From the NCBI GenBank assembly GCA_913055735.1, contig CAJXKD010000002.1, positions 984,150 to 1,048,149 on the forward strand: a DNA stretch of 64,000 nt, in the 5' to 3' direction. Both the position numbers and the translations under genes were made by a program. Below are positions 27,633-37,773 of this stretch, piece by piece. This DNA is from an uncultured Rhodospirillales bacterium. Lineage in GTDB: Bacteria; Pseudomonadota; Alphaproteobacteria; Rhodospirillales; UBA2165. Below the pieces are notes generated by a model. It had not been told where the DNA came from. It did not search any database and saw nothing but the letters and a program-made list of their open reading frames with translations. Position 1 is the first letter of the stretch. Each line of letters begins with the position of its first letter.

Positions 27633-30600
27633 ATGCAAGTCAAACGCCACTTCACCACTGAGGAATCCGGCCCCTACGCCGGGATTGAATTCAGGACCAC
27701 GACAAGCGAAATCCGCAATCCGGACGGGTCTGTCGTCTTCCAACACGAAGGGATCGAGGTCCCCGAGAACTGGTCGCAGGTTGCGTGCGATGTCCTGGCG
27801 CAAAAGTACTTCCGCAAGGCCGGTATTCCTGCCGAGATGAAACCAGTGCGCGAGGACGACGTGCCGTCGTGGTTGTGGCGCAGCGTTCCCGATGAAAAAG
27901 CGCTCGCCGCCCTGCCCGAGGACAAGCGCTTCAGCGGCGAGCAGTCGTGCAAGCAGGTGTTCCATCGGCTTGCCGGCACTTGGACCTATTGGGGCTGGAA
28001 AGGCGGCTACTTCGACAGCGAAGCCGATGCCAAGGCCTATTACGACGAAATGTCGGCCATGCTATGCCTCCAGATGGCGGCGCCCAATTCCCCGCAATGG
28101 TTCAACACCGGCCTCCATTGGGCCTATGGCATCGATGGCCCCGGCCAGGGTCATCACTACGTCGATTACAAGACCGGTGAATTGACCGAATCCGACTCGG
28201 CCTACGCCCATCCCCAACCGCACGCGTGTTTTATCCAGAGCATCGACGATGATCTGGTCAACAATGGCGGCATCATGGACTTGTGGGTGCGCGAGGCCCG
28301 GCTGTTTAAATACGGATCCGGTACCGGCACCAATTTCTCCGCCTTACGCGGCGAGAACGAGCCTCTCTCCGGCGGCGGTAAGTCGTCCGGCGTCATGAGC
28401 TTCCTCAAGATCGGCGACCGCGCCGCCGGCGCCATTAAGTCCGGTGGCACCACCCGCCGGGCCGCCAAGATGGTGATCCTCGATATCGACCATCCGGATG
28501 TCGAAGCCTTCATCAATTGGAAGGTCAAGGAGGAGCACAAGGTCGCCTCTCTGGTCGCCGGCTCCAAGCTTCTCGAGCAGCACATGAACGAGATCATCGC
28601 GGCCTGCCATGCAGAAGACGGCGATGACCGGTTTGATCCGAAAAAGAACAAAGGCCTCAAAAAGGCCATCGCGGCCGCGCGCCGGTCGATGATCCCCGAG
28701 AATAGCATCCAGCGCGCCCTCGAGTTCGGCCAGCAAGGCTATACCGGCGTCAGCATCCCCACGTACGACACCGATTGGGATTCCGAGGCCTACCTCACGG
28801 TCTCCGGCCAAAATTCCAACAACACCATCCGTATCACCGACGATTTTCTGCGCGCCGTGCAAACCGGCGGCGACTGGGAACTGACCCGGCGCGTCGATGG
28901 CAAGGTCCATAAGCGCATGCCCGCCCAGCAATTGTGGGATCAGATCGCCGAAGCGGCCTGGGCCTGCGCCGATCCGGGGCTGCAATTCGATACCACGATC
29001 AACGAATGGCATACCTGCCCGACATCCGGCCGCATCAACGGTTCCAACCCCTGCTCCGAGTACATGTTCCTCGACAACACGGCCTGCAATCTGGCGTCGC
29101 TGAACCTGAAAGCTTTCCAACAGGCGGATGGAACTTTCGATGTCGAGGCGTTTTCCTACGCCGTAAGGCTGTGGACGATCACCCTGGAGGTCGCCGTGCT
29201 GATGGCACAGTTCCCCTCCAAGGAAATCGCCGAGCTCAGCTACCGCTACCGCACCCTCGGCCTCGGCTACGCCAACATCGGCGGCATGCTGATGTCTATG
29301 GGCATCCCCTATGACAGCGACGAAGGCCGCCGTCTGTGCGGCGCCATTACCGCACTGATGACCGGTGTCTCCTATGCTACCTCGGCGGAGATGGCCGAAC
29401 TCATGGGCGCCTTCCCCGGTTACGACGAGAACCGGGACGACATGCTCCGGGTCATGCGCAACCATCGCCGTGCCGCCTTTGGCCAGAAGAGTGGCTACGA
29501 AGGCCTGTCGATCAAGCCGGTTCCCCTCGAGGAAGCAGCTGACAGCGAGGCCACCGGAATCATCGACGCGGCCCGCGAGGCCTGGGACCAGGCGGTCGAA
29601 ATGGGCGAAACCCACGGGTACCGCAATGCGCAGGTTTCGGTAATCGCACCGACCGGCACCATCGGTTTGATCATGGATTGCGACACCACCGGCGTCGAAC
29701 CCGACTTTGCGCTGGTGAAGTTCAAGAAGCTGGCCGGCGGCGGTTATTTCAAGATCATCAACCGCACCGTCCCGGTCGCGCTGCAGCGCCTCGGCTATTC
29801 CGAGACCCAGATCGAAGACATGATCAAATACGCGGTCGGCCACGGCACCTTGGTCGGGGCCCCCGGCATCAATCACCAAAGCCTTGCCGCCAAGGGCTTC
29901 GGCGAAGCCTCGCTGGCGACCGTCGAGAATGCCCTCGCCGATGCCTTCGACATCAAGTTCGTGTTCAACAAATGGACGCTAGGCACTGATTTTTGTACGG
30001 ATGTTTTGGGCTTCAGTGAAGCGCAACTCAACGACATGTCGTTCGACATGCTCACCGCGTTGGGCTTTTCCAAGTCCGAGATCAGCGCCGCCAACACGTA
30101 CGTTTGTGGCGCCATGACCTTGGAAGGCGCGCCGCACCTGAAGGATGAACACCTGCCGGTGTTCGACTGCGCCAACGCCTGTGGCCGCGACGGCAAACGT
30201 TTCCTGTCCGTCGAAAGTCACATTCGCATGTTGGCGGCCGCGCAGCCCTTTATTTCGGGCAGCATTTCCAAGACCATCAACATGCCGAATGCGGCAACCA
30301 TCGAGGACTGCAAGGCGGCTTATCTGCTGTCCTGGCAACTGGGCCTCAAGGCCAACGCGCTCTATCGCGACGGCTCCAAGCTGTCGCAGCCGTTGAACGC
30401 ACAACTCCTCGACGCTGATGACAAAGACAGCGCCGATCTCGCCGAGGAAATCGCCGAGAAGCCGGCGGCGGCCCGCGCCGAAATGGTGGCGGAACGCATT
30501 GTCGAGCGGTTCATCGCCGAACGCATGCGGCTCCCCGACCGGCGCAAAGGTTACACGCAGAAGGCGGCGGTGGGTGGCCACAAGGTCTATCTGCGGACCG

Positions 30601-31358
30601 GCGAGTACGAGGACGGCCGGGTCGGTGAGATTTTCATCGACATGCACAAGGAAGGCGCCGCTTTCCGCTCGCTGATGAACAACTTCGCCATCGCGATTTC
30701 CATCGGCCTGCAATACGGCGTGCCGCTGGAAGAATTCGTCGAGGCCTTTACCTTCACCCGCTTCGAACCGCAGGGCATGGTGGAAGGCAACGATTCCATT
30801 AAGATGGCCACCTCCATCCTCGACTACATCTTCCGTGAATTGGCCGTGTCCTATCTCGGACGCACCGATCTTGCCCACGTTCAACCCGATGACCTGACCC
30901 CCGATACGGTTGGGCGCGGTATGGGCGAAGACGGCTTCCTGAACGATGCCGGGACCATGGAAGTGGTCGAGCGGGTCGCGAGCCAAGGCTACATCCGCAG
31001 CAATCTCCGTGTCGTCAACGGAGGGCGCGGAAACGGCCATGGAAACGGCCAAGGAAACGCTCAGGAAAGCACCCAGGCGACCGTCGCCAGCCGCACGAAC
31101 GGCGGTGGCAGCGCAACCGCAACGGGGGCTGGCATGGAATTGCAGCCAACGGCCGACGGCACCACCGTGAAATCGGACACGATGGTTGTCGAAGAATCGG
31201 TCATGACGGCAACGGATACGCGGATCGAGATGGTCCGCGAAGCGAAAATGAAAGGCTACGAAGGCGACGCCTGCGGCGAATGCGGCAACTTCACGCTCGT
31301 GCGGAACGGCACCTGCATGAAGTGCGTGACCTGCGGCGCGACGAGTGGTTGCTCATGA
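27633..31358 (+). CDS. nrdJ: adenosylcobalamin-dependent ribonucleotide reductase, class II
   Basis: 1241 aa. N-terminal F.....PY..IEF..R...I.N.DGS.VF....IEVPE.WSQ.A..VLA.KYF, catalytic-core NPCSEY and SISKTINMP, and a C-terminal Cys cluster [22 protein letters not shown]. Confidence 0.95.
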   Translation: MQVKRHFTTEESGPYAGIEFRTTTSEIRNPDGSVVFQHEGIEVPENWSQVACDVLAQKYFRKAGIPAEMKPVREDDVPSWLWRSVPDEKALAALPEDKRFSGEQSCKQVFHRLAGTWTYWGWKGGYFDSEADAKAYYDEMSAMLCLQMAAPNSPQWFNTGLHWAYGIDGPGQGHHYVDYKTGELTESDSAYAHPQPHACFIQSIDDDLVNNGGIMDLWVREARLFKYGSGTGTNFSALRGENEPLSGGGKSSGVMSFLKIGDRAAGAIKSGGTTRRAAKMVILDIDHPDVEAFINWKVKEEHKVASLVAGSKLLEQHMNEIIAACHAEDGDDRFDPKKNKGLKKAIAAARRSMIPENSIQRALEFGQQGYTGVSIPTYDTDWDSEAYLTVSGQNSNNTIRITDDFLRAVQTGGDWELTRRVDGKVHKRMPAQQLWDQIAEAAWACADPGLQFDTTINEWHTCPTSGRINGSNPCSEYMFLDNTACNLASLNLKAFQQADGTFDVEAFSYAVRLWTITLEVAVLMAQFPSKEIAELSYRYRTLGLGYANIGGMLMSMGIPYDSDEGRRLCGAITALMTGVSYATSAEMAELMGAFPGYDENRDDMLRVMRNHRRAAFGQKSGYEGLSIKPVPLEEAADSEATGIIDAAREAWDQAVEMGETHGYRNAQVSVIAPTGTIGLIMDCDTTGVEPDFALVKFKKLAGGGYFKIINRTVPVALQRLGYSETQIEDMIKYAVGHGTLVGAPGINHQSLAAKGFGEASLATVENALADAFDIKFVFNKWTLGTDFCTDVLGFSEAQLNDMSFDMLTALGFSKSEISAANTYVCGAMTLEGAPHLKDEHLPVFDCANACGRDGKRFLSVESHIRMLAAAQPFISGSISKTINMPNAATIEDCKAAYLLSWQLGLKANALYRDGSKLSQPLNAQLLDADDKDSADLAEEIAEKPAAARAEMVAERIVERFIAERMRLPDRRKGYTQKAAVGGHKVYLRTGEYEDGRVGEIFIDMHKEGAAFRSLMNNFAIAISIGLQYGVPLEEFVEAFTFTRFEPQGMVEGNDSIKMATSILDYIFRELAVSYLGRTDLAHVQPDDLTPDTVGRGMGEDGFLNDAGTMEVVERVASQGYIRSNLRVVNGGRGNGHGNGQGNAQESTQATVASRTNGGGSATATGAGMELQPTADGTTVKSDTMVVEESVMTATDTRIEMVREAKMKGYEGDACGECGNFTLVRNGTCMKCVTCGATSGCS

Positions 31359-31515
31359 TGCAGAGTTTTAAGTCTCGACTCCTCTCTGATGATCCGGGAT
31401 CGCCCGGGGGAATGCGGTGGCGGCTGCCTTTTCTGCCTGCCATGCCTATCGAAGGCGACGCCGCGGCATTCCAGTCATCAGCGGGTCGGGACGAGAGTTC
31501 CTCCCTGGTGAACTT

Positions 31516-31576
31516 GGGGTGCGAGACGGTACGGTCCTGCCAGCCATTGCCATACCTGACGCACCCCACTTTTTTT
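31516..31576 (+). terminator. intrinsic terminator (copy 1 of the tandem element)
   Basis: The ggggtgcg (31516-31523) / cgcacccc (31560-31567) stem is extended by ggtacgg/ccatacc and followed by 7 T (31570-31576). Confidence 0.75.
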
Positions 31577-31614
31577 CACCAGACCGATGGTTACGGTTCC
31601 TCCCTGGTGAACTT

Positions 31615-31674
31615 GGGGTGCGAGACGGTACGGTCCTGCCAAAACTGCCATACCTGACGCACCCCACTTTTTTT
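31615..31674 (+). terminator. intrinsic terminator (copy 2 of the tandem element)
   Basis: ggggtgcg (31615-31622) / cgcacccc (31658-31665) followed by 7 T (31668-31674). Confidence 0.75.
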
Positions 31675-31705
31675 CTTCTATCCAAGCCAGGCTTTCCTGA
31701 CAAGC

Positions 31706-31740
31706 GCCGCAGATTGCATCTGCGGCTTTGACGTTTTTTA
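31706..31740 (+). terminator. third, unrelated intrinsic terminator
   Basis: gccgcagat-tgc-atctgcggc (9-bp stem, 31706-31726) followed by tttgacgtttttta. Confidence 0.65.
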
Positions 31741-31836
31741 AGGGCGTTTTATGATCGCGCCGTCTTCGCCATGAGGTGCGTACAGGCGCAGTATCGACAA
31801 AATTCGCGAATCAGCGGTTAACAGGGAGCAAAATTT

Positions 31837-32304
31837 ATGGCCGGAACGATCGAAAAACGTCTTCAGGAACTGGGGATCGACCTTCCCGAGGCGGCGTCAC
31901 CGGTCGCCAACTACGCACCCTGGGTGGTCACCGGCAATCAGGCGGTCATTTCCGGCCAAATCACTTTCTGGAACGGCGAATTGCAGGTTACCGGCCGGCT
32001 CGGCGATGGCGTCTCCGTCGAAGACGGCCAGAAAGCCGCGCGCGTCTGCGCCCTGAACCTGATCGCGCAACTACGCGATGCCTGCGGCGGCGATCTCGAC
32101 CGGGTGGTGCAAGCGGTCAAGCTGACCGGTTACATCAATTGCACCCCGGACTTTACCGACCAGGCGGCGGTCATGAACGGTGCCTCTGATTTGATCTTCG
32201 ACGTGTTCCAAGACCGCGGCAAACACGCGCGCGCCGCGGTCGGCTGCGCCGCCCTGCCCCTGGGCTCTGCCGTCGAGGTAGACGGCATTTTCGAGATCAA
32301 ATAG
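31837..32304 (+). CDS. RidA/YjgF/TdcF-family (endoribonuclease L-PSP fold) protein
   Basis: 155 aa. ...AVISGQI......G.........Q...A..N.........G..L..VV...V.....DF......V...A......ARAAVG...LP.G..VEV..IFE is the RidA-family layout. Confidence 0.75.
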   Translation: MAGTIEKRLQELGIDLPEAASPVANYAPWVVTGNQAVISGQITFWNGELQVTGRLGDGVSVEDGQKAARVCALNLIAQLRDACGGDLDRVVQAVKLTGYINCTPDFTDQAAVMNGASDLIFDVFQDRGKHARAAVGCAALPLGSAVEVDGIFEIK

Positions 32305-32329
32305 GCGACAGAAAAAGCGGGAGGCCCTT

Positions 32330-32701
32330 ATGGAATTCAAGCGCATCGATCACGTCGCGCTGCACGTTAAAGATCTCGCCGCGTCCAAGGCGTTCTACGA
32401 AACCCATTTCGGTTTCGAGACCTATTTCGAGCACGACGTGCCGGCGGGATTCGATATCGCCTATCTGCGGCTCGGCGATACGGTGCTCGAACTCACGGGC
32501 TTTGCCGATCCGCCCGTGAACGGCTTTCATTTCTGCCTGGAAACCGACGATTTCGATGGCGCCGTCGCCGCGCTGAAAGCTGCGGGCGTCGAAGTCGTCC
32601 AGGAACCGCACAAGACCGCCGCCCGCGCACCACGCGAGGAAACCTGGCGCCGCGTCGTCTTCCGCGGCCCCGACGGCGAACAGGTAGAGATTAGGGGGTA
32701 A
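32330..32701 (+). CDS. VOC-family (glyoxalase I/bleomycin-resistance fold) protein
   Basis: IDHVALHVKDLAASKAFYETHFGF...GFHFCLETDDFDGAVAALKAAGVEV...FRGPDGEQVEI is a typical VOC beta-alpha-beta-beta-beta module. Confidence 0.8.
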   Translation: MEFKRIDHVALHVKDLAASKAFYETHFGFETYFEHDVPAGFDIAYLRLGDTVLELTGFADPPVNGFHFCLETDDFDGAVAALKAAGVEVVQEPHKTAARAPREETWRRVVFRGPDGEQVEIRG

Positions 32702-32754
32702 CGCGACGTCATTCCCCCTTGCCGCGGCCCTGCTTCCTCCCCTACTCTCGGTGT

Positions 32755-33918
32755 ATGCCCGACGGCAACGAGAAGATCACCGTCAAGGTGGTGGCCAGCA
32801 TCGGCGACGTAAGCGCCGCCGACTGGGACGCTTGCGCCGGGAGCAATAACCCCTTCGTTTCACACGCTTTCCTCAGCGCCCTCGAGCAATCGGGCTCCGT
32901 GACCGCGCGCACCGGCTGGCAGCCGCAGCATCTGGTGGCCGCCGATGAGAACGGCCGCGTCGCCGCTTGTGCGCCCATGTATCTGAAAAGCCATTCATAC
33001 GGCGAATACGTGTTCGATTGGGGCTGGGCCGACGCCTATGAGCGCGCCGGCGGCAATTATTACCCCAAATTGCAATCGGCGGTGCCGTTCACGCCGGCCA
33101 CCGGACCGCGGCTCCTGGTCCGGCCCGACGCGCCCGACAGTTTCCACGACGTGCTCATCGCCGCCATGGTGCAGCTCTCGCGCCAGCATCAGGTGTCTTC
33201 CCTGCATGTTACCTTCCCGACGAAGGAACAATGGGACCGGTTCGGCGATCAGGGTTTCCTCAAACGTACCGGCAAGCAGTTCCACTGGGAAAACAGGGGT
33301 TATGAAACCTTCGACGATTTCTTGGACGAGCTCGCCTCACGTAAGCGCAAGGCGATCCGAAAGGAACGCCGCGAGGTGGCCGAGCAAGGCGTGAAGCTTC
33401 GCGCTCTTACCGGCGACGAGATCACGCCCGACCATTGGGATGCGTTCTACGCCTTCTATCTCGATACCATCGACCGCAAATGGGGCCGGCCCTATCTCAA
33501 CCGCGAATTCTTTGCCATTCTGGGCGAAAGCATGGCGGACCTTGCGGTGCTGATTATCGGCGAAGAAGGCAACGACCTGGTCTGCGGCGCCCTCAACCTG
33601 CGCGGCGAGGACACCCTCTATGGCCGCAACTGGGGCTGCACCAAGGATGTCAAATACCTGCATTTCGAGGCCTGCTATTACCAGGCCATCGATTTCGCCA
33701 TCGCCCACGGCCTGCAATGGGTCGAAGCCGGCGCGCAAGGGCCGCACAAGATTCAACGCGGCTATCTGCCCCGCGAAATCTACAGTGCGCACTGGATCGA
33801 GGACCCCAACTTCCGCGACGCTGTCGAACGGTTCGTCGAGCACGAACGCCGCGAAGTAGATTACGAGATCGCCGGCCTCATGGAATACTCGCCCTACCGC
33901 AACGCGGACGCCGACTAA
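32755..33918 (+). CDS. DUF482/FemAB-like GNAT-fold acyltransferase family protein
   Basis: About 388 aa. W.AC.....NPF.SHAFL.ALE.SGS....TGW.P.HL......G...A..P.Y.KSHS.GEYVFD..WA.A...AGG.YYPKL and a C-terminal Y.A.WI are the pattern I associate with COG3146/DUF482. Start at ATG 32755. Confidence 0.6.
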   Translation: MPDGNEKITVKVVASIGDVSAADWDACAGSNNPFVSHAFLSALEQSGSVTARTGWQPQHLVAADENGRVAACAPMYLKSHSYGEYVFDWGWADAYERAGGNYYPKLQSAVPFTPATGPRLLVRPDAPDSFHDVLIAAMVQLSRQHQVSSLHVTFPTKEQWDRFGDQGFLKRTGKQFHWENRGYETFDDFLDELASRKRKAIRKERREVAEQGVKLRALTGDEITPDHWDAFYAFYLDTIDRKWGRPYLNREFFAILGESMADLAVLIIGEEGNDLVCGALNLRGEDTLYGRNWGCTKDVKYLHFEACYYQAIDFAIAHGLQWVEAGAQGPHKIQRGYLPREIYSAHWIEDPNFRDAVERFVEHERREVDYEIAGLMEYSPYRNADAD

Positions 33919-33927
33919 TCCAACCGT

Positions 33928-35262
33928 CTAAATGAACGACATACCGAGGAGGCCGGTGCTGAGCCCTGGGAAGGCGATCAGGATGATCAATACCAGCAGC
34001 ATGGTCACGGCAAACGGGAAGGCGCCCGAGAAAATATCGAAAAGTGAAACTGTGGGATCGTTGATCGTCGATTTGATGACGAAACACGAAATCCCCAGCG
34101 GTGGTGTCAGGAGCCCGATCTCCGCGCCCACTACGGTGACGATGCCGAACCAGACGAGATCCACGCCAAAACTGTCGAGCACCACCAGGAACAGCGGCAC
34201 CACGATCAGGATGATCGATGATGTATCGAGAATGGTGCCAAGCAGAATCAACAGGATCACGTAGATAACCATCAATTGCACCAAATTGAGATCCATATCG
34301 ATCAGGAATTCGCCGAACAAGGTCGGCAGACCAGCGATACCGAGCATCCGGCTGTACATGGATGCAGTGATAATCAAGAAGAGGATCGAGGCGGCGATAT
34401 GGCCGGTTTCGACCAGGATTTCCCAGAAATCACGCCACGTAAGTGCCTTTTTCGCCAGCGCGATAAGAATTGCAGCGGCAGCGCCTAGAGCGCCTGCCTC
34501 CACCGGCGTTACGACACCGCCATAGATGCCGCCCAGCACGACGAAAACCAATATCAGAACCGGCGTCACCTTGCCGACGAGATCGAACCAAGTGAGGTTG
34601 GCCCAGTCTTCGGCCGCAACCTCTTTCGATTCCTGCCCCCCTACATAACGGGGCACGAGATAGGCCAGAAAGATGATCAACACGCCGTACGCGATGGCCA
34701 GCAGAATGCCGGGCACGATACCGGCGATGAACATCTGGCCGATGGATTGCTCGGTCACGATGGCATAGATGATCAGCATGTTGGACGGCGGAATGAGCAT
34801 GCCGAGGACGCTCGAGCCTGCCACGACCCCGACCGAAAACCGGGTCTTAAAGCCGAAACGGCGCATTTCCGGCACGGCAACCCGCGTAAAAACCGACGCC
34901 GATGCGATCGATGACCCGGTTATCGCCGCGAACACCGCGTTCGCAGCAACGGTCGCAATGCCGAGACCGCCACGAATGCGGTAGAAGACAAAATTGGCGA
35001 CCTCGTAGACGTCCTTGCCCACCCCCGCTTTGGACGTCACCAACCCCATCAATGCAAAAAGCGGAATGGTAGCGAACGTCAATTCGGAAATCGTTCTGGC
35101 TATGGATTCGGACAATAGCGCAGTCGCAATGTCCGGCTCCCCGCGGATAATCCACACGCCGACAAAGGACACCAACCCCAATGCGATCGGAATATAGAGC
35201 CCTGTATAGATCAGGACGACGATAAGGGCTACGGACGCGGCGCCAATTTCGATGGGAGTCAT
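33928..35262 (-). CDS. TRAP transporter large permease subunit (DctM family)
   Basis: 444 aa polytopic with a DctM-like pattern (ITGSSIASASVF...IPPSNMLIIYA...GLLTPPLGISCFV). Adjacent to DctQ and DctP genes. Confidence 0.88.
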   Translation of the reverse strand: MTPIEIGAASVALIVVLIYTGLYIPIALGLVSFVGVWIIRGEPDIATALLSESIARTISELTFATIPLFALMGLVTSKAGVGKDVYEVANFVFYRIRGGLGIATVAANAVFAAITGSSIASASVFTRVAVPEMRRFGFKTRFSVGVVAGSSVLGMLIPPSNMLIIYAIVTEQSIGQMFIAGIVPGILLAIAYGVLIIFLAYLVPRYVGGQESKEVAAEDWANLTWFDLVGKVTPVLILVFVVLGGIYGGVVTPVEAGALGAAAAILIALAKKALTWRDFWEILVETGHIAASILFLIITASMYSRMLGIAGLPTLFGEFLIDMDLNLVQLMVIYVILLILLGTILDTSSIILIVVPLFLVVLDSFGVDLVWFGIVTVVGAEIGLLTPPLGISCFVIKSTINDPTVSLFDIFSGAFPFAVTMLLVLIILIAFPGLSTGLLGMSFI

Positions 35263-35271
35263 GAGGTAAGG

Positions 35272-35841
35272 TCAGTCCGTTGAAACAGGGGACGCGGTTT
35301 CGCGGCCGGTCACGTGAACGCGCCAGACGACCCTGGCGAATTGAAGCAGAGTGACCAGACAACCGAGAACAACGACCGCCCTGATTGGCCATTCGGGAAA
35401 TGTGAACAGGCCTTCTTCCCCGACGAAATAGTTCCGCACCCAGGCATCGATCAAATCGGGCACGGCCCCGTAGAGGACGATGGCAAGAAAGACTATACCC
35501 AGGCCCTGAAAGAGGAGCGCCTGAAGGCGCCATACACCTGGCCAGTGCCGATGCACCAGATTATAGAAACCGTCGGAGCGGGTTAACCGCCCGCGCCGGG
35601 TCGCATCGCCCAATTGCATGAAGACGATGCCGACAATGGACATCTCGACCATCTCGGTCACGCCATGGAACGGGTGCGCGAAAAACGTCCGTCCGAAGGC
35701 GTCGGTGCAGATCATCACCATGAGAGCGAAGATCCACCCGGAACCGATAGCGTTCATCACATTGAGCACCCAGTCGAGAACTGAACCGAGTGCCCGTAGG
35801 GCGCCGCCCGAAAGCGGCGCCCCAACGGAAGTGTCAGACAT
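35272..35841 (-). CDS. TRAP transporter small permease subunit (DctQ family)
   Basis: 189 aa with 4 TM, located between the DctP and DctM genes. Confidence 0.8.
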   Translation of the reverse strand: MSDTSVGAPLSGGALRALGSVLDWVLNVMNAIGSGWIFALMVMICTDAFGRTFFAHPFHGVTEMVEMSIVGIVFMQLGDATRRGRLTRSDGFYNLVHRHWPGVWRLQALLFQGLGIVFLAIVLYGAVPDLIDAWVRNYFVGEEGLFTFPEWPIRAVVVLGCLVTLLQFARVVWRVHVTGRETASPVSTD

Positions 35842-35875
35842 TGTCTAGGTCAACCAATCAATTTCGGGAGGAATA

Positions 35876-36964
35876 TTATTCCTTGTCCCATTGCCGGATA
35901 ATCGGCTGATTGGCGGCACGCATGGTGTTCATGTAGCTCGTCAGCACCTCGGAGCCGGGAAGCCCCTTGCTGTCCAGTGACGCAGCCCAGGTCTTGGCGA
36001 CATTGGGCATGGACTTGGCCCATTTCACCCGTTCCGCTTGGGAAAGTTCGGTGATCTTGCCACCGCCTTCCACGTACGCGGCGAGGCTTGCCTTGGCAAC
36101 GTCGAGCGCCATCGTCGACGTATGATCGCGATAGCCGATCGCGACCTCTTGAATGGCCGCCTGCACCGACCCGGGCAGCTTCTTCCAGGTGTCGGCATTT
36201 ACCGCGATGACCTTCGAGTTCGCGGTGCCGAGATCCGCCTTCAGCATGTAGGGCGCGACCTCGTACATCTTCCGTCCGACAACGGCTTCCGGCCACAGCA
36301 TGATGGCATCCAACACGCCGGTCTTCAGCTTGTTGTAGTAGCTGACCAAGCTACCCGCGACGCCGGCGGCACCGAACCCTTCGAGCCAGCGCAGATTGAG
36401 GCCGGCGCTGCCGATCTTCAGGCCCCTCAAGTCTTCAAGGGAGGAAATCGGCTCCTTGGAAAAGATCTGATAGGTATCGAATACGGCGACGCTCGTGAGA
36501 TAGTGCAGATTGAACTTGTCGAAGGTTCCCTTGAAGGCAGGAATTTCGTCGGCGAGGCCGTCAACGGTCTTGGAGACCAACACCGGGTCGTTTGTCACGA
36601 ACGGCGTCGCATAGGCGACCATTTGCATCGGCACCTTGTCCGAATGGAAAACGGTGGTCACAACCCCGATGTCGCCGAGCCCCTTCTGCAAACCGCCCAG
36701 AACGCCGCGCGGCTTGACAATTTGGCCCCAGGCTTGGTTCCACTGGATTTTGTACTTGCCTTCGGCCGCCAAGCGCTTGTCGACCTCGGGGATGAAATAG
36801 TCGATGAACGTCTTCACCCACATGGATTTCGGCGAGTAGCCGTCCATCGCGGTGAGTTTGATGGTTTCGGCAGCTTGGGCGGGCGTTGCTACTGCGAGCC
36901 CAGCGGCAATCATCACGCCGGTCAGCGCCGTTCCCATGGAGAATTTTCGCGGATTGATGCGCAT
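35876..36964 (-). CDS. TRAP transporter substrate-binding protein (DctP family)
   Basis: Signal peptide ...GLAVATPAQA|AE. 362 aa. First gene of a P-Q-M cluster. Confidence 0.85.
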   Translation of the reverse strand: MRINPRKFSMGTALTGVMIAAGLAVATPAQAAETIKLTAMDGYSPKSMWVKTFIDYFIPEVDKRLAAEGKYKIQWNQAWGQIVKPRGVLGGLQKGLGDIGVVTTVFHSDKVPMQMVAYATPFVTNDPVLVSKTVDGLADEIPAFKGTFDKFNLHYLTSVAVFDTYQIFSKEPISSLEDLRGLKIGSAGLNLRWLEGFGAAGVAGSLVSYYNKLKTGVLDAIMLWPEAVVGRKMYEVAPYMLKADLGTANSKVIAVNADTWKKLPGSVQAAIQEVAIGYRDHTSTMALDVAKASLAAYVEGGGKITELSQAERVKWAKSMPNVAKTWAASLDSKGLPGSEVLTSYMNTMRAANQPIIRQWDKE

Positions 36965-37189
36965 TTTAGCCTTCCTGTCCTGTTGTGAAGTGGCAAATTC
37001 TTCTTATTTTCGATGGGATAAGCCCCAGTCTTATGTATGACCTTAGGTCAGCCCTCCCATTGCTGTCAATTGGTCTCCCCGACGTTCCCAACGCTCCCTC
37101 CGGTACGTACTTGCGGCCCATCCCAGGGTTCGTGTAGTTCGAATAAGAGAAAAACGAAATATAAGCCTTAATCAGACAGGGGAACCGTC

Positions 37190-37654
37190 ATGGTAACCGT
37201 AAAAGAAAAGATGGTCGTGACCCAGAAACTGAGCGCGACCTGTCCCACCCATGCCCGTTGCGACATTTCCGTCCGCGACGTCGAGACCGTCACCGACGAA
37301 CCGCTGGATCGTGACGGCACCAACCTCGGCCTTACGCCTACCGAGACGCTTTCCGCGGCCCTGATTGGCTGCACCAACAACATCGCGACCAAGATCGCCC
37401 ATAAGGCCGGTCTCGATTTCGAGGTGGAGAGTGTCGATGTGGAAGCGGACTTCGACCGGCGCGGCGTAACCTTGCAGGAAGAGCTAGATGTCCCGTTCGA
37501 GGAAATCCGGCTGTTTATCACGGTCCGGACGACCGCAAGCGACGAAGAGATTGCCAAGGTGAAGCATGACCTGCCGCGCTTTTGCGCTATTTCCAAGGTG
37601 ATCCGGCACGCGGGCACGCGGATCGTCGAGAATTGGACGATCAAGCGCCCCTAA
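37190..37654 (+). CDS. OsmC/Ohr-family peroxiredoxin-like protein
   Basis: 154 aa. GTNLGLTPTETLSAALIGCTNN...LPRFCAISKV carries the two conserved Cys of the OsmC family. Confidence 0.8.
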   Translation: MVTVKEKMVVTQKLSATCPTHARCDISVRDVETVTDEPLDRDGTNLGLTPTETLSAALIGCTNNIATKIAHKAGLDFEVESVDVEADFDRRGVTLQEELDVPFEEIRLFITVRTTASDEEIAKVKHDLPRFCAISKVIRHAGTRIVENWTIKRP

Positions 37655-37678
37655 AAATTACGACCATCCCGAAAACAA

Positions 37679-37716
37679 AACGCCCCTGGCGGTTTTCCGT
37701 CAGGGGCGTTGTTTTG
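37679..37716. terminator. bidirectional intrinsic terminator between OsmC-like gene and clpA
   Basis: aacgcccctg (37679-37688) / caggggcgtt (37701-37710) form a 10-bp stem. It is flanked by aaaacaaaa upstream and gtttt downstream, between convergent genes. Confidence 0.75.
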
Positions 37717-37732
37717 AAAGAATGCGTAGGCG

Positions 37733-37773
37733 CTATTCGACCAACGCTATTCGACCAACTCTATTCGACCAAC
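37733..37773. repeat. 3 tandem copies of ctattcgaccaac (period 14 nt), the last containing the clpA stop codon
   Basis: Copies lie at 37733-37745, 37747-37759 and 37761-37773. The third encodes ...LVE plus TAG of clpA on the minus strand. The other two lie in its 3' UTR. Confidence 0.9.

Larger units (their letters stand above)
31497..31675 (+). repeat. two tandem copies (period 99 nt) of an ~80-nt structured element: CCUCCC-loop hairpin plus long terminator hairpin
   Basis: The two copies (31497-31577 and 31596-31675) are identical except in the terminator-hairpin apex, where copy 1 reads agccatt and copy 2 reads aaaact. Each reads gttcCTCCCtggtgaac (4-bp stem), then ggggtgcg...cgcacccc, then a T7 run. 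Confidence 0.9.

Noticed and set aside
31497-31675. CRISPR-like array
   Set aside because: There are only two copies. The units are ~80 nt with an 18-nt spacer, each ends in a terminator with a T-run, and no cas genes are present.
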